From Verrucomicrobiota bacterium (GTDB lineage Bacteria > Verrucomicrobiota > Verrucomicrobiia > Limisphaerales > CANJSG01): a DNA stretch of 64,000 nt. Both the position numbers and the translations under genes were made by a program. The notes under the pieces are model-generated. The model saw nothing but the letters and a program-made list of their open reading frames with translations, ran no database searches and was not told the DNA's origin. The DNA is taken from the NCBI GenBank assembly GCA_038209745.1, contig JBBQXJ010000001.1:103358-167357 (forward strand), written 5' to 3'. Positions 54,108 to 64,000 of this stretch are shown piece by piece. The first letter of the stretch is position 1. Every line of letters starts with the position of its first letter.

Positions 54108-55625
54108 ATGAACCTCCCTCCCGTTCTCTTCGGCATCGAGACCGAGATCGGCATCACCCGCGACGACGATCCGGAGCTCGACGTGGTGGCTGAATCCATC
54201 GCCCTCGTCCGCAGCGCGTCGCGGGCGGGCGTCTACATGCGGTGGGATTACGGCTGCGAGAATCCGCACCGCGACATGCGCGGCTTCGAGGTGGAGGAAC
54301 TGCGGCAGGACACGGACGAAGCCAACTACGTGGAGCAGGACACGCAGCGCGAACTGAGCTTCGTGGAGATCAAGAGCGACGTGGTCCTCAGCAACGGCGC
54401 CCGCTTCTACAACGACCACGCCCATCCCGAATACTGCACGCCGGAATGCTCCACCCTCGATGAACTGATCGCCCAGGACCGCGCCGGCGAACGCATCCTC
54501 GAAGCCTGCGCCAAGGCCTTGGCCGAAGAGCGCGGAACGACCGTTCGGCTCTACAAGAACAACACCGACTTCCGCGGCCACAGCTACGGCTGTCATGAGA
54601 ACTACCTGATGCCCCGCTCGCTTTCCTGGGAGCTGCTGGCCCACGGCATGCAGGCGTTCCTCGTCACCCGGCAGATCTTCGCCGGCGCGGGCAAGTTCGG
54701 CATCGAGGAGGAGGACCAGTTTGTCGGCCCCGGGTTCCAGATTTCCCAGCGGGCGGACTTCTTCTCCGAGCTGCAGAGCGTGGACACGATGCAGAAGCGG
54801 CCGATCATCAACACCCGCGACGAACCCCACGCCGATCCCGCGCTCTACCGCCGGTTCCACGTCATCATCGGCGACGCGAACATGTCTCCTTTCGCCACTC
54901 GGCTGAAGGTCGGCACCACTGCGCTGGTGCTGGAAGCGTTGAGCCGTCGACCCAACCTGGTCGTGCCGGAATTGGCCGATCCGTTGCCGACGCTCAGGGC
55001 CATTTCGCGGGACGTTTCCCTGCGCCGCCGCATCGAACTGAAGGGCGGAGAGGCGTCGTCCGCCATCGAGGTTCAGCGGGCCTACCTCGCGATGGTCCGG
55101 GCCGCGTGCGATCTGTCCGTGGATTGGAAGCGGGCCTTGGTCGAGGACTGGGAACAGATCTTGGCCGACTTGGAGACGGATCCCGAACTTTGCGCGGACC
55201 GGCTCGACTGGGTGGCGAAGAGGGCCTTGATCAGGCAGTTCCAAGAAGCGGAAGGCGTCGACGACTCCGATCCGTGGCTGTGCAGCCTCGATCTGGAATA
55301 CCATCGCCTGCACCAAGCCGAAGGGCTCTTTTACGGGCTCGAACAGGCGGGCGGAATGCTTGGCTCGCCGGACGAAGCCGCCGTGCTGCGGGCGGTGAAG
55401 ACAGCTCCATCGACCACCCGCGCAGCCGTGCGCGGCCTCTGCGTCCACAAGTTCCACGACTCCGTCGAAACAGCCCAGTGGGACCACGTCACCTTGAAGA
55501 CCTCCGGCGGGGATCTTCTCAAGATCGACCTGACCGACCTCTTCCGGGAGAAGGCACTGGCCGAGGTGTTCCACGCGATCGAACGGGCGGCGACGGTGGA
55601 CGACTTGGCCGGATTGTTGGGGTGA
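54108..55625 (+). CDS. dop: Dop/PafA2-family deamidase/depupylase
   Basis: 'GIETEIG', Dop-loop-like 'RWDYGCENPHRDMRGF', 'NGARFYNDHAHPEYCTPEC', 'YKNNTD..GHSYGCHENY', 'INTRDEPHAD...RRFHVIIGDAN'. Confidence 0.88.
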   Translation: MNLPPVLFGIETEIGITRDDDPELDVVAESIALVRSASRAGVYMRWDYGCENPHRDMRGFEVEELRQDTDEANYVEQDTQRELSFVEIKSDVVLSNGARFYNDHAHPEYCTPECSTLDELIAQDRAGERILEACAKALAEERGTTVRLYKNNTDFRGHSYGCHENYLMPRSLSWELLAHGMQAFLVTRQIFAGAGKFGIEEEDQFVGPGFQISQRADFFSELQSVDTMQKRPIINTRDEPHADPALYRRFHVIIGDANMSPFATRLKVGTTALVLEALSRRPNLVVPELADPLPTLRAISRDVSLRRRIELKGGEASSAIEVQRAYLAMVRAACDLSVDWKRALVEDWEQILADLETDPELCADRLDWVAKRALIRQFQEAEGVDDSDPWLCSLDLEYHRLHQAEGLFYGLEQAGGMLGSPDEAAVLRAVKTAPSTTRAAVRGLCVHKFHDSVETAQWDHVTLKTSGGDLLKIDLTDLFREKALAEVFHAIERAATVDDLAGLLG

Positions 55626-55804
55626 TAGGGTTCGATTTTTCTTCGAGGATCCTCGGTTCATCCAGAAGGCGGGCGAGGGGAAAATTTCGGGAGGGCTCCC
55701 GAATCCCGATTGCTTTCGCTACGGGTATCCGCTCTAAGCTGAGGGACTTGCGGATAAGGACGTGAAGCGCGCGGTGCGATTCCCCCTTTACCTGAGCCGC
55801 CACC

Positions 55805-58800
55805 ATGACCATCTCTATCATTCGTCGGAGCGTCCGTCTCTCCGTTGTGTTGACCTCCGCTTTGGCCCTCTTCTTCGGCCTGGCCGTGTCACCTCAGGTC
55901 TTCGCCCAGGCGCCGGAAATCTACTTCGCCACCCATCCGGCCAGCGGCACACGCAACCAGGCGAACCAGAATCAAACCTCGGTGCAGAGCTACGCCTGTG
56001 TCAGCGACGCCTCGGGCAACACCTACGTGGCCGGCAGTTCCTCCGGCATCACGGTCTGGGGCACGAACTCGGTGACCTCCCTCGGGGGCGCCGGCAACGA
56101 CGACATGGTTCTGGTCAAGTATTCGCCGACCGGCGACGTGCTCTGGGTCCGCAAGGCCGCCGGTTCCTACAAGGAAGAGGGGCGCGCCCTGGCCTTGGAT
56201 GGCACCGGTGGCGTCTATCTCGCCGGAACGACGACCAGCGATGGCCTGCCGCTCAACACCAATGTCTGGGTGTTCAACGAGGCGAACACGGTGGCGTTCT
56301 TCCTCGCCCGCTACGACGGAAGCGGAAACCTCCTTTGGGCCAACCGGGGCGGCTCCTGGATGCTGACGCCCTTCATCGCCGGCAGTTCGGCCAACGTCTG
56401 GCCCAACAGCCTGGCCGTCGATTCCGGCGGCAACCCCGTTGTGGCCGGTCGGTTCGTCGGGAATCCGATGTTCGGCGGCACGATCCACTCGAACCTGTTC
56501 ACCCACCTCACCTACACGAACGGGGTGGTCCTCACCAACCGCTTCCAGACCGCCAGCCCGAGCTCGAGAACCGAGGATCTGTTCCTGGCGAAGTTCAGCT
56601 CCTCCGGAAACATTCTCTGGGCCACGAACCACGGCAGCACCAACGCCGAATACATCTCCGGCATCGCGCTCGACTCCGGGGACAACATCTACGCGGCCGG
56701 ATCCTTCAACAAATCCACCACCCTCGGCGCGTCGAACTTCACCAACGCGGCCTACGCTCCCTTTCTGGCCAAGTTCAACCCGGACGGCGTGCCAGTCTGG
56801 GCGTCCAACTTGTCCGAGCCGACGAATAACAACGGCGGTCGGGCGTGGAGCGTGGCGGTGGATTCGGCGAACCGTCCGACCGTGTCCTTCACGACGCCGA
56901 TCGGATACAACATCCCCTTCCGGCTGGGCACGAACTCGTTCACCAACCTGATTTACTCGTTGGACGGTGGCATCGTAGCCAGCGGCTTCGCGCAGTTTGA
57001 AACCAACGGCACCGTCCGCTGGATGAAGCGGTCACCTTTCAATGCGGGTCTCCTAGTGTCCGGTTCTCCCAACAGTTTTGGCCTCACCCTCACCCGGGAC
57101 GGGGCGGACAACTTCTATGTCCGCAGCGCAAGTTATGCCACGGCCAATGGGACCACCTTCGGCCCGGCCGGCATCCATGTCCTGAAGATGACCGCCAGCG
57201 GCGTGCCGATCTGGACAAATTCCGTCACGCCCGTGGCCATCAGTTTCGCCGACCGGACGATCATTGATCCATTCGCGCTGCCGGCCATCAGCCTCGACGG
57301 CACCGGTCGCATCTCGGTGGTCGCCAGTATCAGCGGTGATCCCACGGCGACGGGATTTATCGGCTGGACCAACATCACGACCGCGTTCACTAACGGGACC
57401 GGCGACAACCAGCTCCTCTACCGGATGGAGGCGAACTACGTGGCGGTCGCGCCGCAGTTCGTGAACCAGCCGACCAACATTGTCTTCCAGCCGCCCACAG
57501 GCTTCACCAACGGCGCGCTGGCCCGGGCCTGGCCGGTGGCGGACTATCGCTGGTATATGCGGAGCAGCGGTGTTGAAGTCCAACTGGGGACGAACTCGAC
57601 CCTCGTCGTGCCGAAGGCCACGACGCTGGCCAACGTCACCGCTTATTACTGCGTCGCGTCGAATGCGGTGCAGCAGACCACCAGTTTCGTCTTCACGGCG
57701 CAGGCGCAGCTCGCCCTCTATCCGCTGACCAATTTCAGCTCCACCGTCCTGCTGGGCGGCTCGACGGTCTTTTCCATCAGCGCGACCGGAACGACCGCCT
57801 TCAGCTACCAGTGGCGGAAGAACGGGACCAACCTGCCGGGGGCCAACGCTTCGTCCCTCCTGGTGAACTATCCCGATGCGATCAGCGGCACGAACCGCTA
57901 CGACGTGATCGCCTGCAACGACTACGGCTGCCTGACCAGCACGCCGCCGGCGACCGTCACGGTGAAGCCGTTTGGAGCGTTGGATCCGGCGTTCCCGGTC
58001 GGATTGGTCGGAAGGCAACTGTTCGTGGAAACGGGCGGCGGCGTGTTGGTGGGCGGCAAAAACCTGATTCGCTACTCGGCGGCGGGCGCGGTGGAGACGA
58101 ACCGGTTCTATGATCCGTCACCGCCGTCACCGGGAGCGGTCGGGTTCTTCTATCCCGCAGGCATCACCGGCGGTGGCCCCAACCTCGCTTTCAACCGGGA
58201 TCCGGACGGAAAGATCGTCGTCGGCGGGCACTTCACCCGGCTGAACACGAACGGATCGACCGGACCGGCGCTCAATCGCATGGTGCGGTTCAACGCCGAC
58301 GGCACGATCGACTCCGGTTTCAACGCCGGGACCGGACCGGCCACTGCCTTCGGGTTCCCGGCCGACAACACCTTCAGCACGCTGGTGCGGGCCATCGTGC
58401 GGCAAACGGACGGCAAGTATCTCGTCGGGGGAATCTTCAACAGCTTCAACGGCGTGGCCCGGACGAACCTGGTGCGCCTGAACACCGACGGCTCCGTCGA
58501 TCCGTCGTTCCAAGGGCCGACGTTCGACACCTCGACCAGTCCCAGCTCCCAGCCCACCGTGCGTGCGATTCTCATCCGGCCCGACGGCGGGCTCGTCGTC
58601 GCCCACGAGTATCGCGGGATCGGAGGAGTTTACTTCCGCCCATGCCTCGTCGGGTTGACCGCAAACGGCGCGATGGACTCCGCCTTCAACGACAATCTCC
58701 CGAACGATCCCACGTCACCGAATTGGGGCAGCTATGCGACGGGGCGCGCTTTGGCCCTGCAAAAGGACGGCAAGATCCTGTTCGCCGGCCAGTTCGCGTT

Positions 58801-59347
58801 TCAGGTTCCCGGTGCGGGCGGCAGCCGCGTGGTGCGGTTCAATGGAGACGGCTCCCTGGACACCACCTTTAACCAGACCAACTCCATCAACGGCGCGGTC
58901 AACGCAGTGGCGGTCCAGCCGGGTGGAATGGTCTTGTTCGGCGGCGACAACCAGCCCATCCGCCGGGTCGATGCGAACGGGAAGAACGACCCGAGCTTCG
59001 TGAGCGAAACGCTGTTCAACACCACGCAGCTGGAGGCCATCGCGGTCGATGGGGACAAGATCTATGTGGCGGGCGCGTTCGGGCTGTATCGGCTCCTGGG
59101 TGCGTTGCCCTCGACCTTGGTGCCCGAACCAACCTTCAGCGCGGGCACGGCCGTGCGTCTGCCCGACGGAAAGTTCAGCTTCTCGACCTGTGCCCAAGCC
59201 GGTCAGACGATCGTCATCGAAGCCTCGACCAACTTGGTCAACTGGGTGCCCGTGGCCACCAATGCTGTCGCCGGCGACTGCATCGAGTTTACGGACTCCC
59301 AAGCACCGCTGATTCCGAACCGCTTCTACCGGGTGGTGGTGCCGTAG
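55805..59347 (+). CDS. Large secreted surface protein: SBBP-like propeller, Ig-like domains, delta-60 repeats, verrucomicrobial-type C-terminal domain
   Basis: 'DASGNTYVAG' repeats; 'FSYQWRKNGTNLPGA'; 'RQTDGKYLVGG..VRLNTDGSVDPSF'; C-terminal 'IEASTNLVNW...FTD...RFYRV'. Confidence 0.88.
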   Translation: MTISIIRRSVRLSVVLTSALALFFGLAVSPQVFAQAPEIYFATHPASGTRNQANQNQTSVQSYACVSDASGNTYVAGSSSGITVWGTNSVTSLGGAGNDDMVLVKYSPTGDVLWVRKAAGSYKEEGRALALDGTGGVYLAGTTTSDGLPLNTNVWVFNEANTVAFFLARYDGSGNLLWANRGGSWMLTPFIAGSSANVWPNSLAVDSGGNPVVAGRFVGNPMFGGTIHSNLFTHLTYTNGVVLTNRFQTASPSSRTEDLFLAKFSSSGNILWATNHGSTNAEYISGIALDSGDNIYAAGSFNKSTTLGASNFTNAAYAPFLAKFNPDGVPVWASNLSEPTNNNGGRAWSVAVDSANRPTVSFTTPIGYNIPFRLGTNSFTNLIYSLDGGIVASGFAQFETNGTVRWMKRSPFNAGLLVSGSPNSFGLTLTRDGADNFYVRSASYATANGTTFGPAGIHVLKMTASGVPIWTNSVTPVAISFADRTIIDPFALPAISLDGTGRISVVASISGDPTATGFIGWTNITTAFTNGTGDNQLLYRMEANYVAVAPQFVNQPTNIVFQPPTGFTNGALARAWPVADYRWYMRSSGVEVQLGTNSTLVVPKATTLANVTAYYCVASNAVQQTTSFVFTAQAQLALYPLTNFSSTVLLGGSTVFSISATGTTAFSYQWRKNGTNLPGANASSLLVNYPDAISGTNRYDVIACNDYGCLTSTPPATVTVKPFGALDPAFPVGLVGRQLFVETGGGVLVGGKNLIRYSAAGAVETNRFYDPSPPSPGAVGFFYPAGITGGGPNLAFNRDPDGKIVVGGHFTRLNTNGSTGPALNRMVRFNADGTIDSGFNAGTGPATAFGFPADNTFSTLVRAIVRQTDGKYLVGGIFNSFNGVARTNLVRLNTDGSVDPSFQGPTFDTSTSPSSQPTVRAILIRPDGGLVVAHEYRGIGGVYFRPCLVGLTANGAMDSAFNDNLPNDPTSPNWGSYATGRALALQKDGKILFAGQFAFQVPGAGGSRVVRFNGDGSLDTTFNQTNSINGAVNAVAVQPGGMVLFGGDNQPIRRVDANGKNDPSFVSETLFNTTQLEAIAVDGDKIYVAGAFGLYRLLGALPSTLVPEPTFSAGTAVRLPDGKFSFSTCAQAGQTIVIEASTNLVNWVPVATNAVAGDCIEFTDSQAPLIPNRFYRVVVP

Positions 59348-59368
59348 GTCGCTTCGCCGAAAACACGT

Positions 59369-59400
59369 CGGGCAGTCCGGAACTCCGGACTGCCCGTTTT
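59369..59400 (+). terminator. Intrinsic terminator
   Basis: CGGGCAGTCCGGA-ac-TCCGGACTGCCCG followed by TTTT. Confidence 0.8.
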
Positions 59401-59545
59401 GTTGGGACGGCGGGAACCCGGCCAGTTGGCGGAGGATTTGTCTGCTTTACAGGCCGGTTTGCCTTCCCGATACCTTCCCTCGCGGTTTTTTGGCCCCACC
59501 TCGACCGCCCCGAACAACTTGAATCTGAATCTGACCCACTGACGT

Positions 59546-60268
59546 ATGGCGAAAATTATCGCGGAAATGCTGATCGAAACGGCGACCCTGGAGCTGCCGG
59601 ACGTTAAAACCCTCCGTTTCAAATGGCCGGAGGGCTACGATCCGGGCGAGTTCAAGACCGGCCAGTTCATCACCGTCTACTGGCCGCACAAACCCAAATA
59701 CAAGCGCGCCTACTCGCTCAGTTCCTGCGCGCTGGACAAGGGCTGCTACGAGGTGACGATCAAGCGCGACGGCAAGATGGGCACCAGCGTCGTGGACTGG
59801 GCGGAAGCGGGCGACAAGATGTTCGTCATTCCTCCGGTCGGTAAGTTCCTCCCCGTCTTCGATCCCCCGGGCAAGCATCTCATCTGCGTGGCCGGCGGCT
59901 CGGGCGTGACGCCCTTCCGCGGTTTCGTGCGTGAAGCCACCGCCCGGAATCTCGACACCCACATCACCGTGCTCTACACGGTCCGCACCACTTCCGACAT
60001 CATCTTCGAGAAGGAGTTCATCGAACTGGAAGCCAAGAATCCCCGTTTCAAGTTCCACGTCACCTGCACTCGCCTCGCGCCCGAACATCCTTGGCCCGGC
60101 CGCCGCGGCCGCATCACCCCGGAGTGGGTGAGAAGCTTCGTGACCGACCCGGCCAACACGGTGTTCTACGCCTGCGGAAGCAATGAAATGGTCGCCTCGG
60201 TGGAACACCTCGTCGTCCATGAACTGGGGCTGCCGAAAGAACAGATGAAGCTGGAAAAGTGGGGCTGA
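59546..60268 (+). CDS. Ferredoxin-NADP reductase-like FAD/NAD(P)-binding oxidoreductase
   Basis: 'FKTGQF', 'RAYSLSS', 'AGGSGVTPF', 'YACG', C-terminal 'EKWG'. Confidence 0.9.
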   Translation: MAKIIAEMLIETATLELPDVKTLRFKWPEGYDPGEFKTGQFITVYWPHKPKYKRAYSLSSCALDKGCYEVTIKRDGKMGTSVVDWAEAGDKMFVIPPVGKFLPVFDPPGKHLICVAGGSGVTPFRGFVREATARNLDTHITVLYTVRTTSDIIFEKEFIELEAKNPRFKFHVTCTRLAPEHPWPGRRGRITPEWVRSFVTDPANTVFYACGSNEMVASVEHLVVHELGLPKEQMKLEKWG

Positions 60269-60301
60269 GCCCGCTTCTCCGAGACGCATCAAAAACACGG
60301 C

Positions 60302-60331
60302 GGGCTCCCAGATCATGGGAGCCCTTTTTTT
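60302..60331 (+). terminator. Intrinsic terminator
   Basis: GGGCTCCCA-gatca-TGGGAGCCC followed by T7. Confidence 0.8.
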
Positions 60332-60524
60332 CTGCGGACGGCACCTGTCCCGCAGCCGGCCGTGCCTGCTGAAAAGACATGGCCTCGAGCCGGGTGGCTG
60401 GCCAGCTCAGCGCGACGATCCCCAAAGAAATGATCTCAGTGGCGAAGGCTGAGCGGGACGTTCCCGATCCACTGGAGCGGGGTCGCCGGAGGCACTGAAC
60501 CGGACGGGCATTTCCGGGCGGGAC

Positions 60525-63500
60525 TTAAGGGCTCTTCTCCTCTTTGAGGTGGCGATCGAGGATCGTCTTGAGCTCCTCCATCCGGACGGGCTTCGAGAGG
60601 TAGTCGTCCATGCCCGCAGCCAGGCACTTGTCCCGATCGCCCTCCATCGCATGGGCCGTCATGGCGACGATCCGGACGGAGCATGTCTTGGAGTTGTCCC
60701 GCAGCGCCTTGGTGGCGGCATAGCCGTCCATCACCGGCATCTGGCAGTCCATCAAGATCAGGTCGTAGTCCTTCGCCAGCTGCGCGTCATAGGCTTCGCG
60801 CCCGTTCGCGACAATGTCGGCCAGGTAGCCAAGCTTCCTCAGCATCAGGAGCGCGAGCTTCTGGTTCACCAAGTTGTCCTCGGCGACCAAGATCCGCGCC
60901 GCCGCGACGGTGGCGATGGGGATCGCATTGGCCCGGGACGGGGCTTCTGGTTGTCCCTCATCCTCGTCGGAAATCCTGGATCGGGAGTCCGCCGCCTCCA
61001 TCGAGAGGTTGGCCTCGAGGAGTTCGTGCAGTTCGTTCCGTCGAACCGGTTTTGTGATCCGGGCGAGAATGCCCGACTTGTGCAGGGCGGAAGGGTGGAA
61101 GCGTTGGCGGATGCCCGTGAGGGCCAACAGCCGCGTTCGGCCGAGGAGCTGGCGGTCGTTGAGCGTGGCGGCGAGAAGCACCCCGTCGAACTTTCGCGAC
61201 GCCAAATCGATGAGGACGGCGTCGAACGGCCGGCTCTCGGACAGGGTGCGCTGCAGCTGGGCGACGACATCCACCTCGTCCTGCACTCCGACGACTTCAA
61301 CACCGACGCTCAGGCAATAATGCTTCACCACTTCCCGGGTGAGATCTTCCTCCGCCGCGACGAGGATGCGGCGGCCCTTGAGTTTCGGGAACGTCTTGGG
61401 CGGTTCCGCAGCCAGGCTGGAACGATTCAGCCGGAGCGTGAAGGTAAACGTGGATCCCTTGCCCAATTCGCTGGAGACCCTGATTTCGCCTTGCAGCAGC
61501 TCGACGATCTTGCGGGAGATGGCGAGGCCGAGGCCGGTGCCGCCATACTTCCGGGTCATCGAGCTGTCGGCCTGGCTGAAAGCCTGGAAGAGGCGGCCCT
61601 GGGCCTCGGAACTGATGCCGATGCCGGTGTCGGCGACGGACAGGCGCAGTTCCACCGAGTCGCCAACGATGCGGGTGGCCTTGGCCTCGACGAAGATGCG
61701 CCCCTGATCGGTGAACTTGATGGCGTTGCCGATCAGGTTCAGGAGCACTTGGCGGAGCCGGACGGGGTCGCCGACCATCTGGAGGGGCACGTCGTTGCTG
61801 ACGAAGCCGATGAGGTCGAGATCCTTGGCGCTGGCGCGCTGCGACATCAGGTCCACCGTCTGTTCCACGACCTCGCGGAGGTCGAAGGAGATGGCTTCGA
61901 AGGTCATCTTCCCGGCCTCGATCTTCGAAAAATCGAGCACGTCGTTGATGATGGAAAGGAGGGCCTCCGAACTCTGGCGAACCGTGCCGAGATGGTCCCG
62001 CTGCTCGTTGTTGAGCGGGCTGTCCATGAGCAGGTTCGTGAAGCCGATGATGGCGTTCATCGGCGTGCGGATCTCGTGGCTCATGTTCGCGAGGAAGTCG
62101 CTCTTGGCCACGTTGGCCGACTCGGCGGCCCGGGCCATGGCCTCGGCGCGTTCGGCGGTCTCCATCAGCTGCCGGATGTGCTGTTCGCGTTCGCAGGCCA
62201 GCTCCTCGGCCAGCTCGCGGGCGGTGTTGATCGCCTCCTCGGACCGGATGCGCTCGGTCACGTCCTCGGTGATGCCGACGATGTGGGTGACTTGACCGTC
62301 GGGACCCAGCATCGGGAACTTCTTCGTCGCCATCAAGCGCGTGCCCCGCCCGCTGGTCAGGTCCTCGATCGGGAGGATCATCATCTTCCGGGCCGCGACG
62401 ACGCGCAGATCGTCCGTGATGAACTTCTCGGCCTGCTCTTTCGGGAACAGGTCGACGTCGAGTTTCCCGATGAGAGTCTCACGGTCGACACCCAAAAGCC
62501 GCTCGCCGGCGCGATTCCACATCACATGACGCAGGGAGGGGACCTCCTTGATGAAGACCCCCACCGGCAGCTGGTCGACAAGTGTCTGGAAGAGGTCCTG
62601 GGACCGGTGCGCTTCCCGCTGCGCAGCATGCTGCTCGGTCAGGTCGTCGATCATCGTCAGGATGTTGAGGACCTCCCCGTCGGCACTGGTCACGGGCACC
62701 TTCCGCACGGAGCAGAAGTGGAGCTCCTTCTTGTGGTCGATGACTTCCTCGACCTGACTTTGCACGATGCCTCTTGTCTCCCTCACGCGGGTGTCCAAGG
62801 CCTGAAGCTTCATGGCAAGTTCCGGCGAAAACACTTCGGCGTCCGTCTTGCCGGCGATTTCGTCCTGGTTCAGACCGATCAAGGCCTGATGGGCCGGGCT
62901 CGCCAAGGTGCAGATACCGGTTTGCGCGTCCTTCAACTGCACGGCGAGGGGCAAATTGTCGAAAACAGTCCGCAGAAGCGCCTCCATCTCCAAGTGGCGC
63001 CTTTCAGCACTCCGTCGCTCGGTGACATCGTCGGCGAAAACGATGATCCGGTCCGGCTCCGCCTGTTCGTGGTGCATCCGGACCTGCGCCGCCCTCGCGC
63101 CGCCGTCCCGCCGCCGGAAAGTGATCTCGGCAGCCGGGACAAAATCCCCGGCGCGTTGCTTCTCGAGCATCGCGCCCACCTTGCTCCGGTCGGCTTCCTG
63201 CACGAGATCGGCGATGCGCAGGCTGGCAACAGCCGAAGCCGGACATCCCAAAAAATCAGCGGCCGCTGCGTTCATCCGAATCAGTCGACCTTCGAGATCG
63301 CAGATGAAGTTCACGTCCAAGGCGTTCTCGAAAGCCTTCCAATACTTGTCCTCCGATGCCCTCTCCCGGGAACGGCTGGCCGTCAGCAACTTGCCGCTTT
63401 CCTTCAATTGGGCCCGGAACCGGAGCACGAGAACGATCGATAGCAGCGCCACGCTACCCAAAAGGAGGACCATCCCGGCAGGTTCGGACCAGTGCATGCC

Positions 63501-63587
63501 TTCCGGCCCAGCAGCCGCTCCGACGCCTTCCGCAGCAGAGACCGGCAGCGCGACGAGCAACCCCGCGAGGATCCATCGCCTCCCCAT
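60525..63587 (-). CDS. Hybrid sensor histidine kinase/response regulator with three PAS domains
   Basis: TM; PAS repeats; 'FLANMSHEIRTPMN', 'NLIGNAIKFT', 'GGTGLGLAIS'; degenerate receiver plus canonical receiver 'ILMDCQMPVMDG'; start at 63587 or 63620. Confidence 0.93.
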   Translation of the reverse strand: MGRRWILAGLLVALPVSAAEGVGAAAGPEGMHWSEPAGMVLLLGSVALLSIVLVLRFRAQLKESGKLLTASRSRERASEDKYWKAFENALDVNFICDLEGRLIRMNAAAADFLGCPASAVASLRIADLVQEADRSKVGAMLEKQRAGDFVPAAEITFRRRDGGARAAQVRMHHEQAEPDRIIVFADDVTERRSAERRHLEMEALLRTVFDNLPLAVQLKDAQTGICTLASPAHQALIGLNQDEIAGKTDAEVFSPELAMKLQALDTRVRETRGIVQSQVEEVIDHKKELHFCSVRKVPVTSADGEVLNILTMIDDLTEQHAAQREAHRSQDLFQTLVDQLPVGVFIKEVPSLRHVMWNRAGERLLGVDRETLIGKLDVDLFPKEQAEKFITDDLRVVAARKMMILPIEDLTSGRGTRLMATKKFPMLGPDGQVTHIVGITEDVTERIRSEEAINTARELAEELACEREQHIRQLMETAERAEAMARAAESANVAKSDFLANMSHEIRTPMNAIIGFTNLLMDSPLNNEQRDHLGTVRQSSEALLSIINDVLDFSKIEAGKMTFEAISFDLREVVEQTVDLMSQRASAKDLDLIGFVSNDVPLQMVGDPVRLRQVLLNLIGNAIKFTDQGRIFVEAKATRIVGDSVELRLSVADTGIGISSEAQGRLFQAFSQADSSMTRKYGGTGLGLAISRKIVELLQGEIRVSSELGKGSTFTFTLRLNRSSLAAEPPKTFPKLKGRRILVAAEEDLTREVVKHYCLSVGVEVVGVQDEVDVVAQLQRTLSESRPFDAVLIDLASRKFDGVLLAATLNDRQLLGRTRLLALTGIRQRFHPSALHKSGILARITKPVRRNELHELLEANLSMEAADSRSRISDEDEGQPEAPSRANAIPIATVAAARILVAEDNLVNQKLALLMLRKLGYLADIVANGREAYDAQLAKDYDLILMDCQMPVMDGYAATKALRDNSKTCSVRIVAMTAHAMEGDRDKCLAAGMDDYLSKPVRMEELKTILDRHLKEEKSP

Positions 63588-63864
63588 CCAGTCCTTCTTG
63601 GGTATGTCTTGCGTTCTCAAAATGTAGGACCACCGCCACGTCCGTTCTTCGCGACGTCTTGATTTTCTGGTGGCCAGCTTCGTTATCGGCCGGCTTGGAA
63701 GGGATTTAAGAAGATCTTTACCGCAGCAAAACGAACTCGGGACATTCCTGCCCAGAAGCGCTCAAAGCCGAAAAACCGGTCGCACTTCCGCGAAACCCAA
63801 TCATACGTGTAGGTATCATTCCATTTGCCAAACCGTCTGCCGGTGGAACTATCTTGGCCCTGCC

Positions 63865-64000
63865 ATGTCCGTGTCCCGCTTCATCCCGAGCAAACTCCTC
63901 CGCCGGACTCTCCCAGTCTTCGTTCCGGTCCTGCTGCATGCCGCGTCGCCCGGGACCGTGGACTGGCCCCTCTATCGCGGGGATCCCGCCCTGTCCGGCA
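63865..64000 (+). CDS. 5' end of a PQQ-like beta-propeller protein (continues beyond window)
   Basis: Own translation from ATG 63865: MSVSRFIPSKLLRRTLPVFVPVLLHAASPGTVDWPLYRGDPALSG, a signal peptide plus DWP..RG motif. Confidence 0.7.
   Translation, partial: MSVSRFIPSKLLRRTLPVFVPVLLHAASPGTVDWPLYRGDPALSG

Noticed and set aside
55626..55804. Pup/UBact small gene after dop
   Set aside because: No suitable small ORF ending in GGE/GGQ/SGE/SGQ found
1..64000. tRNA, rRNA or known ncRNA genes
   Set aside because: None recognised by eye; a tRNAscan-SE/Infernal run would be needed to exclude them

Overview
GC-rich bacterial chromosomal window, probably from the Verrucomicrobiota (inferred from gene content and protein styles, not proven). 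It holds about 50 genes; I found no rRNA, tRNA or CRISPR array. Housekeeping genes: 3' end of pyc, xerD-like recombinase, purC, pyrB, ribBA, ribH. Accessory blocks: (1) a lipid/pigment tailoring and export operon (flavin halogenase-like enzyme, lipoprotein, MMPL fused to an acyltransferase, LolA, FabZ-like); (2) a GbsR/MarR-regulated DCC/DUF2071/TIGR01777 operon with two visible operators; (3) a decaying defence island (NERD, HNH nuclease, broken Dcm-like methylase, C-protein with a C-box); (4) a proteostasis neighbourhood (circularly permuted ATP-grasp/alpha-E plus transglutaminase, two Hsp20s, an ARC/Mpa-type ATPase and a Dop-like enzyme, with no Pup/UBact, PafA or 20S genes in the window). 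Intergenic DNA is full of small elements readable directly from the sequence: a 490-bp internally deleted ISAs1-like element, two copies of a TIR MITE with 3-bp TSDs, a 119-bp MITE nested inside a REP, a DUF559 nuclease bracketed by four copies of a 30-bp palindrome inside the rib operon, and a stack of REP families between two copies of the xerD 5' end. Product calls rest on motifs recognised by eye; no database searches were run.
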